From assembly GCF_001194135.2 (NCBI RefSeq), contig NC_068988.1, positions 94,356,814 to 94,420,813 on the forward strand: a DNA stretch of 64,000 nucleotides, given 5' to 3'. This document shows, piece by piece, positions 39,833 to 52,795 of this stretch. The notes beneath the pieces were generated by a model that was not told the DNA's origin, searched no databases, and worked only from the letters and a program-made list of their open reading frames with translations. Numbering within the stretch: position 1 is the stretch's first letter; each line of letters opens with the position of its first letter. Both the position numbers and the translations under genes were made by a program. This stretch comes from Octopus bimaculoides (lineage: Eukaryota).

Positions 39833-40130
39833 CAGGATGTTCAAAAAGTCTCCCCGCAGTGAATTTTTCGGTGAACGGATGATTTCGAAGGGACTTTGGC
39901 TATGAAGAGCACCTGATTCAACACCGCCAGACTTTTTTTCTGGGGAGCAAGTAAATGATCAGTGTACAAGAATTGCCCGAAAACCATTAATGAGCTAAAA
40001 GACGCAATCATAACCTTCACATGTTCCATACCGCGTCAGACTCTCCAAGATGTATTTCAAAACATGTGTAGAAGAGTCAACTTATGTATTGAAAATGAAA
40101 GACGACACTTTCACCTCTTATAAAGTTTTT
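39833..40130 (+). mobile_element. Internally deleted Tc1/mariner-superfamily (DD37D/maT-like) transposon
   Basis: TA-CAGGATGTTCAAAAAGTC TIR-like start, then FFGERMISKGLW.RAPDSTPPDF..SVYKNCPKTINELKDAI..FQNMCRRVNLCIENERRHF, resembling the WPxxSPDL..DFFLWG C-terminus. Confidence 0.7.
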
Positions 40131-41021
40131 TTTCCCCTTGGTAATTAGAAGACTCTAGAGATGCCAAACGAAGTTTTACACTTATACCAACATTGTAAGG
40201 TTTCCTTATTTGGAAGAAATTTATTTGGGTGACATGAATCACTTGAATGTTTAAAGTGTTTCGTAAAATTAAAATTCAATCCTTATTTGTGTGGATTTGA
40301 ACGAACCATGTTGGTCGCACAAATAATTGCACTCTGAGCGGTATGTGTGTATGTATGTATATATGTGTATGTGTGTGCGCGTGTGCGTGTGCGCGTGTGT
40401 GCCTGTCTTCGTTTGTGTGTGTATATGTGAATGCGCGCACACATGCGCTATTCTTAATGTTATTATATTTTTTATGTATTTGTTTTACACTTCTGATTTC
40501 TGTCATCGATTTCTACTATTAGATCAGTGATAGACAGACGCCAATCAACATTTCCTTTAGTATTTTTTAAGTGTCACAAAATTTATGAATTAATCGATTT
40601 ATCATCCATTCATAACCAATGAACACGTCTAAAGAAAAATTGATCTAGTCAGAGAGTTTAGTGGTGTTCGATGTTTAAGGCTGCTCTTTTATATTCATCG
40701 GTCACTCTATTCATGTACTATTGTCTTCACAGATAAATGTGACTGGCTATATATCATGACTTATCGTATTATGGTATCACACTATTGTTCATTCATAGCT
40801 AATCTACTGCTCACATAATAACGTTAGATGTATTGTATTCACCGAGACAATTCTAAGACGTAATCTTAAATATCCGCTAAATGCAGAGATATAAGAATTA
40901 TCGGACATCTATTCAGCGTCACCATTGTACAAAAACAGTTCGCCCATGAGCACTTATAAAGAGATTGGCTTACAATAAATAATGACACTTATAGAGTAAA
41001 TAGTTTATTTTCCAAGATAAA

Positions 41022-41053
<32 letters not shown>

Positions 41054-41091
41054 CGACGACGACGATGATGACGACGATAATAATAATAATG

Positions 41092-41125
<34 letters not shown>

Positions 41126-41284
41126 CAACAACAACAAAAACAACATTTTTCTTGCTATTTCATCACCGTTCAGGAAGAAAAACAAGGCCTGTCTAAGCAC
41201 TGGTGAACTCTGAAGAGTCAACGGCCATCCAAATAGTATCTCTTTATTAGTAATGCTGCTGGTGGAGCCATCGCCGCTTAGGAC

Positions 41285-41323
<39 letters not shown>

Positions 41324-41326
41324 CAC

Positions 41327-41535
41327 CCTTTCTACTAAAGGCTGCCTCTTATTTTGGGGGAGGAGACTAGTCGATTACATTGACCCCAGTGTTTAAGTGG
41401 TACTAAGTTTATCGACCCGGAAGGATGAAAGGCAAAGTCGACCTCGGGTGGAATTTGAACGCAGAACGTAACGACGGACGAAATGCCGCTAAGCATTTTG
41501 CCCGGCGTGTTAATGATTCTGCCACCTCGCCACCT
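41327..41535 (-). mobile_element. Family-A SINE with (ACT)n tail
   Basis: Head and central domain present; tail at 41285-41324. Confidence 0.88.
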
Positions 41536-41539
41536 TTCT

Positions 41540-41583
<44 letters not shown>

Positions 41584-41598
41584 TAATAATAATAATAA

Positions 41599-41952
41599 TG
41601 TGCTATATAGTTGATGTGCTATATGTTGGCCCACGAATAATCAAGAAGGAAGGCGAAAAGATGGATAAATACAACCCTCTTATGTTCGAAATAGTCCGGC
41701 TATGGAAAATGAAGAAAGTGAAGATAGTGCCAATTATTGTTGGGTCCCTGGGAATAGTACCAGAAGGCATCGAGAGGAATATAAAGGAAATTGGAATAGA
41801 GTGCCCAGTAGAACTGCTACAAAACGTTTGCCTTCTTGGCACAGCCAAAATAATCAGAAAAGTATTAGATTGCTGAAAAGAACGGATAGCATTGTACCGT
41901 AGACTGTAGGCAGCAAACCCGCTACGCATGTATGACTCCAGGAGCTGCAACA
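41599..41952 (+). mobile_element. R4/Dong-clade non-LTR retrotransposon 3' end (REL endonuclease C-terminus plus 3'UTR)
   Basis: CYIVDV..KEGEKMDKYNPLMFEIVRLWKMKKVKIVPIIVGSLG..LLQNVCLLGTAKIIRKVLDC*; starts directly after (AAT)n. Confidence 0.85.
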
Positions 41953-41955
41953 AAA

Positions 41956-42190
41956 GGCGGCGAGCTGGCAGAAACGTTAGCAGGCCGGGCGAAATGCTTA
42001 GCCCTATTTCGTCTGTCTTTACGTTCTGAGTTCAAACTCCGCCAAGGTCGACTTTGACTTTCATCCTTTCGGGGTCGATAAATTAAGTACCAGTTACGCA
42101 CTGGAGTCGATGTAATCAACTTAATCTCTTTGTCTGTCCTTGTTTGTCCCCTCTATGTTTAGCACCTTGTGGGCAATAAAGAAATTAGAA
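41956..42190 (+). mobile_element. Full-length family-A SINE, alternative 3' end
   Basis: Head plus tttgtctgtccttgtttgtcccc...gggcaataaagaaat end, as in 57689-57900. Confidence 0.92.
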
Positions 42191-42199
42191 ATAAATTAT

Positions 42200-43665
42200 T
42201 TCCAAAAAAATCTAATTGTGAAGACAGTAATCCGAAATGTAGCTGGGTGAGATTTCCACACGAAGAAAAGGAAGTAGAACAAGAACAGGAAATAGCAGAG
42301 TGGCCAATAAGTCGTTAGGAAAGGAAAAACTGCCCAGAAGAAGCTCAATTTTATTTAGTGGAAGGAAAGATTGTTACAGAGGAAGAAAAGAACTTTCTAC
42401 AACTTCTGAATGAGACACGAAAGAGTGAAAAAAGATGCTGCCGGACCTGAGAAGAATCGAAGGAGAAAAACCAAGTAAAATAAGGAATATGATGGAGAAA
42501 CAGTCAACGAAACTCTATATTGAAAATTCAACAGAGCTGCAAATGAATCGCTGGGTGAAAATTCATGACTTTTTCCAGAGAGAGTAGTTCTCTCCGCAAC
42601 TCTTCGTCACTGCATCAATCCCTCTGACAATTATAATGAGGAAATCTAGACCTGCGTCTGAGTTCACCAAAACCAAGGTGAAAATAAACCACCTACTTTA
42701 TATGGATGACCTCAAACTATATACAAAATAATGAGAAGGGGCTGGATTCTTTGATCCAAACAGTAATAGTATTCAGCAAGGATACTGGAATGCAGTGTGG
42801 GCGAAATGATTGCGCAGGTGCAGGGCCAATTGGGAAGAGAGATCGGACGATAAATTCTGATGGAATGAAATTACGGCAAGACATCATCATTAGATCGCTG
42901 TGGAATAATGAGGGATACAAATAACCAGAAGTGCCACAAAATTATTGAATAATGGAAGGAGAAATGTAAGAAAATCTCTAAAGGGTACAAAAGGAGAATT
43001 AGGAAACTGCTCGAAGGAAAATTAAATAGAAGGAATATCATTAAATCAATGATTACATGAACTATTCTAGTATTGAGATACTCTGCTTTCCTTTCTGAAG
43101 TACACAAACAGCGAGTTACAGGACTTGGTTAGAAGAATTAGAAAGCTGCTCTCAATGCACAATGAACCACCCTTAAAGTAATTCCGGTAGATTCTACCTA
43201 CCAAGAAAAGAAGGTTGCAAAGTATTACTAAAGAGAGAAGATTCTGTTAGTACCCCATTATTTTGGGAATGGGTAATAATTTTGTTGGACGGAGTGAAGA
43301 AGGAATATTATCATTAGAAATGGCCAAAAATTGACTGAAGCAGTAGAAGAATTCAAGAGAGGTAAGACCAACAGCTCAAACAGATGGAAGAATTGGAATT
43401 ACATGCTGCTGATTCATGCAACAAACCAGGAATGTTGGAAGTAAAGAACATTGACCCTGGCCAAGGTACGGAAACCTGAATCGAGAGATCGAATTGTAGC
43501 CGCTCAAGAAAAGTCATTAGGACGTGTCTGATAAAAGCAAAGATCGACAGCCCTCAGTCATTCAAAGAATGTGGAATCTTCAGGAAAGGAGGCGAAAGTA
43601 TCAGTAATCCCTTCAATGAGTGCAGTATACTAACACAAAAGGAGTATAAACACATGCATAACTGT

Positions 43666-43667
<2 letters not shown>
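42200..43667 (+). mobile_element. Decayed, internally deleted R4/Dong-clade ORF (N-terminal region, RT C-half, CCHC-like motif)
   Basis: FSPQLFV..KINHLLYMDDLKLY (YMDD 42699-42710)..EKGLDSLIQTVIVFSKDTGM; CGIFRKGGESISNPFNECSILTQKEYKHMHN at ~43570-43665; followed by (AAT)n. Confidence 0.85.
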
Positions 43668-43729
<62 letters not shown>

Positions 43730-44596
43730 TAATTCATGTCGTTTCTCACATCCCAGTCTCTCCAGCTCTATTGGACAGAAAGCTGTTAAACGTTCACTCT
43801 TACGTATGTAGCAGCTGATCTTTTAGCCTCTCACCACCAGCCTTAACGCCCTTCTCTAAGGACCACTACATGATGCAACATAGGAATCGCTTTGTGAGTT
43901 TTGGGAGGGGCCGGTCATCAGCTTATTGAATCTGAACGGATATTCATTCCAATCACATATAATTAAACGTTCCGTCAGCGCAAGCCACTTACTCATGTCT
44001 TCCTGCAGATATGACAACAAATAGTTAAAGATGCCACACACACACTTCTCACTTTTAAGTGTAAGGCATATCGTTCACTATGACATGCTATTGGTACCCC
44101 TCTTGATTGAAATGATCCCTATCCGCACATCAAACAGGACTCTTTCTTGATAGTCTCTTGATGAAACAAGAAAAGGCTTTTTAAGTTCGGAAATATAGAA
44201 ATAAGTAAATTTCCTCTTTTCTCGACGTTTGTTTGTTAGCTTCAGGAAAAGTTTATTTGTCTTCTTTCATTAGTTTCGTCAAGGATCTGCTCTTTCAGAA
44301 AAATTGGTCTATGTTTAATGTTGCTTGTAGCGTTAGTAGATTTTCATTTTTGTTGCTGACAATCAAAATTCTACTTTTATTGTCACTTGGCAAAATATTT
44401 TTCTGTTATTAAAAATGTCGTGGGGATTATTTACATTCGTCTTACTGCCGAGGGAAATACCATTGCTTTCTTTCTTCTTGTTTCTCTTTATTTTCTGTTC
44501 TTTTTTATTTTCTTGGGGGGACAGTATTTTTTCTACAAAATACGCTTGTTAATTTTCATTTTCCCGCTTTTTCGAACATCGTTGATTTATGTTCTC

Positions 44597-44926
44597 TTAC
44601 GCTATTTTTAACCCCCCCCCCCCAACTGCATATGCATAGATAAAGAATCTTAAAGTCATATTCATTCCTAAAGCAGACCTTTCTTGTCTGAATGTAGTAT
44701 AGAGGAGATGTCGAGACTGCTCAAAATCTGTCTGTATGATCTTTTCCTTTGCTAGTTCTGGGGGAGCAGGAAACGCCTGTAGCATTCGCAGCCCCTGTCT
44801 TGCAATGTTGGATCTGAGCTCAATAATATTTCTCTTCAGCCTTTGAAAGTCAAAACCCGCCGATGAAGACATCAGATATAATTCCGGAAGGTCGGCGGTT
44901 TGCTGAGGAAGGACTGATCTTAGAGA
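44597..44926 (-). CDS. Unassigned 110-codon open frame (possible exon or TE relic)
   Basis: Complex protein-like sequence QTADLPELYLMSSSAGFDFQRLKRNIIELRSNIARQGLRML..; acceptor-like tccttcctcAG before 44902; no convincing donor or homology. Confidence 0.2.
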   Translation of the reverse strand, partial: SLRSVLPQQTADLPELYLMSSSAGFDFQRLKRNIIELRSNIARQGLRMLQAFPAPPELAKEKIIQTDFEQSRHLLYTTFRQERSALGMNMTLRFFIYAYAVGGGGLKIA

Positions 44927-45235
44927 TTATTGTGTGAACTCGATCATTGGACTCCGCAAGTGTTTTGAGAGTGGGAGAGAGTAGTGGCCTGCGAATACTT
45001 GAGTAAAGACGGCATAAGCACAACCAGTTCAGAGAAGCAGGGGCCATTATTGTAGCGATAGAAACAAAAAAAACCCACAGATAAGAACAACAAAGGTAGT
45101 AATAATAATGATAATGATAACAATGACAATAATAATAATAATAACAACAGAAACAGCAGCAATGAGTATAATTACTACTACTTTCTTCACTGCTACTGCT
45201 ACTAGCATTAATAGTATCACCATCATTATCATCAT

Positions 45236-45275
<40 letters not shown>

Positions 45276-46440
45276 GCTGCTACCACTACTTCTACTACTA
45301 CCATCACCACCACCACCTACTACTACTACTACTACTACTACTATAAAGAAATGACGTGACAGGATACAAAGAAGAATAGATAAACGCTACAGAAATACGA
45401 TATAACAAAAAATTGCGACATCAAAAGAACGCCTGAAACAAGAGATCCTCACTCAATGACAAAATATCTGAGCTTTGAAAGCAACGATCATTCTTTGAAC
45501 AAAATAAACAGTTTGTCTCCAAGTGAAAACGATTTTATCATTAACTAGATGAACAATAAATATTGGCTTCAAATTATAGCACAAGGCCAGCAATTTCGTT
45601 AAAAAAATAATCAGTGTTCGTTAAAAAAATAATCATTGCAACATCAACAACAAGCGGCGAAGTAGAATTTTAGTGAGGTGTGTCTTCAGTAAAGGAAACA
45701 TCACAAAATTTTTTAATATGTTTTGACGACTTTTCGCAATAATTAATACAATATTTGAGTAATGTTGGGTCGCCGTAATAACCCGAAAAATAAGCAAATT
45801 ATACAAAATGCTACCTGGAAACCACAAGACATGATGAAATCTTAAACTAGTTAAAATATGATATAGGGCACATGTTGCTAGAGTTGTTTAATAAGGTAAT
45901 ACCGGGCTGTAGAAGACACTTACCTAGCTCACCGGGAGAGAAAAAATCTGAAGCCCCATGTCTAAGGAAAACATAAAACTACAAGCTCATAATCTACCTT
46001 AAGGCCGTAAATGCAATAATTTTGCAAGAAATTATTTTTATTACTCCTTTTTGCTTTTGAATAGCAAATTAATTAGTAATCATTAATTAATGATGGTAAT
46101 CTAATGAAAAAAATCACAGACATTTGTTCCCTTAATGTTTAGCCGAAAACTGTTCGCATGCCTACAAGGTTTCCTAGAAAGCAAGCCTTGGTAAGCATTA
46201 GATATGCAGACATTAAATATGCAGACTGCAATATATGGATGTTCTTTTTTTTATTTATTTACTTCCATACCATCTAGATATACAAAAGCTGTTTATCGTT
46301 TAAAAGGATTATTTCTTAATCTCATAACCGTATGGGGTCCGATGATTGGCATTACTTATATAAACCCACGTGATTCCAAGGAGACACTCGTGTAGAATGA
46401 AACTAAACTCACCACTCATTTGGTTTTTTGATTCAGCGTA

Positions 46441-46627
46441 TGTTATATCGTACGTGCGGATGACCTCTACTCAGCGTTCACTTCCGGTGACTGACTCTAC
46501 CGAGCTTGACGTCTAGTCTATCGACGGCTCCGCTTCGCTCTCCCGCTCTTCCGTTCTCGCGCTCTTCGTCTAGCTATTTATACGTATTGGACTAGCCTAC
46601 TTATCGCCTGGGGGCGTCCACGCAACA
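46441..46627 (-). mobile_element. Solo LTR (187 bp)
   Basis: TG...CA termini (TGTTA/CAACA), 5-bp TSD GCGTA/GTGTA, minus-strand CCAAT followed by TATAAATA, CpG-rich interior. Confidence 0.75.
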
Positions 46628-47702
46628 GTGTATTTGATATTTCAGCTACATCACTAGTCTCTCTGGGAAAATGCACACGTGTCACAACTTTGATTTTTCA
46701 CTTGTTGCAAATCATTCTGAGATATCAAATTTTCTTTAACATTTTTCAAGTGGAACCATTTATAATTAATTTACTTGGTTACTATATCTATTATAGTTAT
46801 TATTGGCTTTAGAATAGAATGGTAGATTAGTTGAATGCCAGACAAAATACATAAAGTTATTCAGTTCAGTCTATTTATATCCTAATAATAATGACGTTGT
46901 CTGTCATTTTTCTAGTTTCGATAAAATATGTACCGAAGAATTACTGGAGTCGATACATTCCAAGATATAACTTCTCGTACCTATACTTCAGAACACACTT
47001 TCTAGTAACAGAATTATCGATCTCATCTACATATTCCCTGCTAAATATTTTACAACGTCTTAACATAGAAAGTATGCCAATAACGAACAGTGAACAATTC
47101 TTGGTAATCAGAGACCATTCCGTTTCAATCTTCTCATGAAAACCATTTTACTTCAATTAATACACTTTTAACCTTACGAAAAGGATGATCATCTGCTTTC
47201 TTTTTACTTCCTTTGCTACTTCCTTCAGGCATTTTGCATTTTTTTCAATAGAATGTTTTCTACTTGGTCAAAACAAATATTTGTATCTTGTCAGTGCAAA
47301 TGCTTTATTCGTAGCGAATACAGACAATTTGTTTCTAACAAATATAAACACTCTCTACATAGTCAATACAGGTATTTTATATCTTATCAATGCAAATGTT
47401 TCCTCTCTTGACATTATAAGAAACTTGTTATTAGTAAATACGAATTATTTTGGCTTAGTCGAAAAAATGAAGCTATGCCTTTTAAGAATCTATTGTTTTC
47501 TCTTTCTAAAATGATATTCAAGCAATGACCGGTTGAGGTCGTTAATATGTTTCTTTGAATTTTTTCTTTATTCAGACATAAAAATTCATATTTTTATTTT
47601 GTGGTATCTAAGCTCAGATAAGGAAGCTTCCGGAAAGGAACGATTTTTGCTGTTGCCAAAAGTGTTGATACCGAGAAAATAACATCGGCACAAGACAAAT
47701 CG

Positions 47703-47863
47703 TAAACATTATTTATATTATTTACTTTTGACGGACATTTGTCCTCATCTTGTTTGTTGTTAACACAACGTTTTGGCTGATATACCCTCCAGCCTTCATC
47801 ATGTGTCTTGGGGAAATTTAGAACCTGGGTGCTCATTCTTAAGGTATTTTTCGATGTTATTAC

Positions 47864-47927
<64 letters not shown>
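47703..47927 (-). mobile_element. Family H1 element, left arm of a second inverted pair (mutated HHR 47762-47807)
   Basis: Matches 27499-27728; core reads AUGAUGA...AAAA. Confidence 0.9.
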
Positions 47928-47928
<1 letters not shown>

Positions 47929-48070
47929 ACACCTATGAAGGCCGGAGAGTATATCAGCCGAAACGTTGTGTTGACAACAAACAAAATGAGGACAAATATC
48001 CGTCAAATGTAAATAATGTAAATAATGTAAATAATGTACATAATTCCTCATCTCTTAAATATGGAAACGT
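47926..48070 (+). mobile_element. 5'-truncated family H1 element, right arm (mutated HHR 47928-47972)
   Basis: gacacctatgaaggccggagagtatatcagccgaaacgttgtgtt (G5 deleted); (gtaaataat) repeated three times near the 3' end. Confidence 0.9.
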
Positions 48071-48506
48071 AAAATCGTAAACAAGAAAGAAAAAGAAGGA
48101 CAGAAATAAAGAAAAGTCGAAGAAAAGTATTCTACGCAAAGTTTGTCATTCGTCAGGGAGTTTTGTCTTCGTACGCAGCAGAAAGAATATTGGGATCGGC
48201 TGCGGAGTCTTTTATGCCTGCCCCATGAAGAACGGCAACAAAATCAGAATGAACTCATTCATACTGAGAATTGAAATCGTGTTATGTTCGGATTCATCTC
48301 ACTCGGAAAATTATACTCTCCGGTTTTTGGAAAACCTGACTAGAGGAAATAATTGAGAAACTACACGAAGTCTGATCACAATTTCCAACCTAGAATTACA
48401 CTTTGAGAAACAAGGCATGGCTTTTTCTGATAGAAATAAAACAAATATAACTTAGTATGTCTCCGATGCTAATGAGATATTTTTTCACTTTGCTGTTGTT
48501 TTCTGT

Positions 48507-48509
<3 letters not shown>

Positions 48510-48557
<48 letters not shown>

Positions 48558-48578
48558 GGATGAGGATGATGATAGTGG

Positions 48579-48613
<35 letters not shown>

Positions 48614-48792
48614 TTAATGATGAGGATGATGATGATGATAGTGGTGGTGGTGGTGGTGGTGATGGTGGTGGTGGTGGTAGTGGTGGCGGTGGTGGTGGTG
48701 GTGGTCTCGGATGATGAAAATGATGACGGTGACTCAACAACGACGACGATGCCGATGATGATGGTGATAATGATGATGATGATGATGATCAT
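48510..48792. repeat. Compound (GAT)n/(GGT)n microsatellite
   Basis: Direct inspection; source of the poly-D/M/P/S pseudo-ORFs. Confidence 0.95.
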
Positions 48793-48898
48793 GATGGGGA
48801 AGATGGCGATGGAAACTGCAATTTTTTGAGGTGGGGTTATTTGTTTTGTTAAGGGCTGGTAGATGTGTTGTTGTTAGATGTAGTAGTGTTTGGATAAC

Positions 48899-48944
<46 letters not shown>

Positions 48945-49695
48945 ATGTGGCAGTGGTATGTAATATCCATTATTCGAGTGAAATAAAATAACCTTAAAAA
49001 GAACCAAAACAAAACAACAGTCAAAGAGCTAGAAATAAATAAGACAGCTAAATGAGAATGGAAAAAAAGGAATCATTGACCTTAAAAAAAAAGGCGAAAA
49101 TAAACTCAAAATGAAAGAAAACAGGAAAAAATACACGACTGAAAAAAATGCTGAAAAACTCGAATCTCTGGGATGAAATAAAATAGATTTGAACAAAAAA
49201 AACCATAAGAGTATAGAAAAACACATAACATCATCTTTGGGAGAGAACTAACGTTTGGTTGAACCGATTTATAATCGGTTTTTCACTGTGCTTCGTTGTT
49301 GATTTGAGAGAAGACAAAAATCAAAAATATATATATATATAAAGGTGGAACCTCACATAACAGGGAAGTTCATTTATCGTTAGAAAGCACACAACCATCG
49401 CCCGGTGTATCGCTACAATCTATGACCTGAGTGGAGAACGTGACTTGAATATATGTTGAAGTTGGACCAATAGTGCAGATATTTTCTTCCTTTATCTCGG
49501 CATACTTCACAGTTCTAGCTTCCACTATTTCTCTTGCATCATCTTTCACTCCCACTATTATATATTCTTCCTTTCCCCGATTTACTAACCATCAAATATT
49601 TTAAGACATGTATGTGTGTGTGTGCATGTGTGTGTGTGCGTGTTTTTATATATTTGACTCAAATATTATAGTTTTTTCAAAAGCACAATTATTTA

Positions 49696-49742
<47 letters not shown>

Positions 49743-50497
49743 GTTGTTATTATTTCATATGTAAAAATCGCATACTCTGATTCATCCTCCTACTACCACT
49801 ACAGCGTATTTTGCTCTTCTATAGTTTTCCACATCTATATCTATAACTCCTTTAACATCCATATTTCCTTGCTATAATTTCTTTCCTATATATGTGTGTG
49901 TGCGTGTGCGTGTGAGAGAGAGACAGAGAGAGAGTGTGTAAAAAATATATGTGTGTGTATGCGTGTCTGAATGCGTGTGTGTCTTCTTACCTCACTTTAT
50001 TTTCCTGGACAAATTCTATGAAATACTATTTTCCCTGTATCCTGCCATTCCATTCATTATTATAACATAACATGAGATTTTTTTTTCTATATATATATTT
50101 TTGAGAAATTATTTTTGGCTATTCTTTCTCTAAGTGACTTCAACATTTTCAGCAAATTTCTCGAGAAATTTCAATTCGATGCTTGTATTTCCATTTAAAT
50201 ATTAATACTTCCCACTACATTAGTAATTCATTTGCAAATAATTATACAGTTTCTTACTTAAATCAGTGCTGTGCGAAAAAAAATAAACAAAACAAAAAAA
50301 GACAAGGCAAGCAGGACAAATACACAGAGAGAAAAATAGATTTACAAGGAGTTAGAATGTGCCACACACAATGCGCAGAATCATCTAACATCTGTCCAAA
50401 ACAACTTATTCTTATCACTCTAACATTATTCACCGTTTCTCTTTCTCCTTATATATATATCTATTTATTTATTTATTTATGTACAAGTATATTACAA

Positions 50498-50543
<46 letters not shown>

Positions 50544-50565
50544 ATATATACACACACACATACAG

Positions 50566-50602
<37 letters not shown>

Positions 50603-50979
50603 TGCGTATGTGTGTGTGTGTGTGTGTGTATGCTTCCTTAAATAAAGTTTTTTTTTATTTTCGTTAAACAAACGTTTAAAAAAAATTTTTTTTTAGAAGT
50701 GTTGCATTTTCTTATTAGCTTTACTTCGAGCTGGATTAAAAGGAAGAATTCCTAAATTGGCATCCGACTTATCCTAATTTTCACAGTCGCGTTTCCATAT
50801 ATGGTGTTTGAATCCATGTATGCTTTTACGCTACCGGTATTTCGAAGGGAGTAATCACACATTTTCCGACTAAAGGTGAATTTCATACGAAGTGAGATGG
50901 TTCATGCTAACATTTTAACTTTTACTTGTTTCAGTCAATACAGCGGCCATGCTAGACAGCTCTCACTCCGCACGCTTGC

Positions 50980-51082
50980 ATACATACATACATACATACA
51001 TACATACATACATACATACATACATACATACATACATACATACATACATACATGCATACATACATACATACATACATACATA
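50980..51082. repeat. (TACA)n microsatellite
   Basis: Direct inspection. Confidence 0.95.
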
Positions 51083-51162
51083 TCCACTGGGTATTCTGTC
51101 ATCAGAGACAAGGTGAGTATATTCTTAAGCAGTTCTATATTTTTCGCAAGAAAGAACAATAT

Positions 51163-51197
<35 letters not shown>

Positions 51198-51643
51198 NNN
51201 NNNNNNNNNNNNNNNNNNNNNNNNNNNNNNNNNNNNNNNNNNNNNNNNNNNNNNNNNNNNNNNNNNNNNNNNNNNNNNNNNNNNNNNNNNNNNNNNNNNN
51301 NNNNNNNNNNNNNNNNNNNNNNNNNNNNNNNNNNNNNNNNNNNNNNNNNNNNNNNNNNNNNNNNNNNNNNNNNNNNNNNNNNNNNNNNNNNNNNNNNNNN
51401 NNNNNNNNNNNNNNNNNNNNNNNNNNNNNNNNNNNNNNNNNNNNNNNNNNNNNNNNNNNNNNNNNNNNNNNNNNNNNNNNNNNNNNNNNNNNNNNNNNNN
51501 NNNNNNNNNNNNNNNNNNNNNNNNNNNNNNNNNNATATATATTTGATGAAAAAGGACAACAAAAATGAAGGTATCTCAAGTTATTTAGAATATTTAATTG
51601 GAGTAAGGTGAATTTGAAGTAATTAATTAATTATTGGATGTTA

Positions 51644-51742
51644 TAAGTGTTTAGCTAGTATGAAAATGCTCCACGTGGGTATATAGAGTAAGAAAGACAC
51701 TATATACCCGCGTAGACCATTTCCATACTAGCTAACTACTTA
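51644..51742. repeat. Inverted repeat / 46-bp hairpin with 7-nt loop
   Basis: Manual pairing: 39 Watson-Crick, 2 G-U, 5 mismatches, no gaps. Confidence 0.9.
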
Positions 51743-52751
51743 ATCTATTCCTTCAACATGAATGTAACATCCAAAATACTGCCCGAATACTGCCTGGACT
51801 TACTGTCTGTCTGTCCCCCACCGACACTTGATATCTAGTTTTAGTTTGTTCCTGTCCTCGTAGGGTAGCAGTTCGTCAGAGATATGACAGAATAAATACT
51901 AGTATTCAAAAAATAAGTACTTGGAGTCGATTGATTGGCCAACCACGGCCAGTGACTGAAACAAATGAAATATAAAAGGGATAAAAAGTAGTCGATGTTA
52001 TATGCTAATTAAGGCTTAATGAATTCAGTTTCAGAGTGGTTTTGCTATAAAATAAATTATTTTTTGTTTTCTTGCTGTTCTGTCATTGAATCGCAACAAC
52101 GATGGGATAGAAAGATTGAATAGTTTTAGTTAGACTTATCCCTAACAGTGCTTTATATGTTGACTCTGGAAAATTGTCTTAGTGTATGGTTTCCTGATCT
52201 GCTGCTGATGTACTGCGATTATTTCCCTAAGTGTTATACCTGTTTGTCCAATGTAGTGTTCACAACAACAATTATGTTACAATGTGTATTAGTTGTCTGA
52301 ATTACACGAAAACTTGTTATCAATTTAAATATGGGGCTCTGTTTTAAGTGGAAGCCGAGGCCTTCTAATAGATAGCTACATTCTGCACTGTTAGCCCGGT
52401 TGCATTTACTGCATTCAGGATCCGTAATTGGTGTAAACACCCTGCATAGTTTCCTATCATTTTTAGTGATTTCGCTTCTTTCATACTTTTTTAGGTAATT
52501 TTCTAAGGCATTTAGTTATTTATTTATTTATTTATTTTCATATTTTGGTCCTGTAGTAGAATTGACAGGTTTATTCAGATGTTGGTGAAAATTCTGGCGT
52601 TTTGGATTGAAAGTTGAAAAATATGTACTCACATATTTTCCTATTTGTAATTTATTGTTTGACAGTCCAGGATCTATTTTGATTTGCTCTCGGAATTTCT
52701 AAAAGAATCAGCTTTATAGGGTATTTTCTTTTGACAAGCAATTTTGAGAAG

Positions 52752-52795
<44 letters not shown>

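Noticed and set aside
49370-49555. 61-aa minus ORF MGVKDDAREIVEART..
   Set aside because: Within chance length, with no clear splice pair or motif
51701-51724. miR-10/100-like sequence (UACCC..GUAGA.CC) in the hairpin
   Set aside because: Seed and arm do not match; similarity too short
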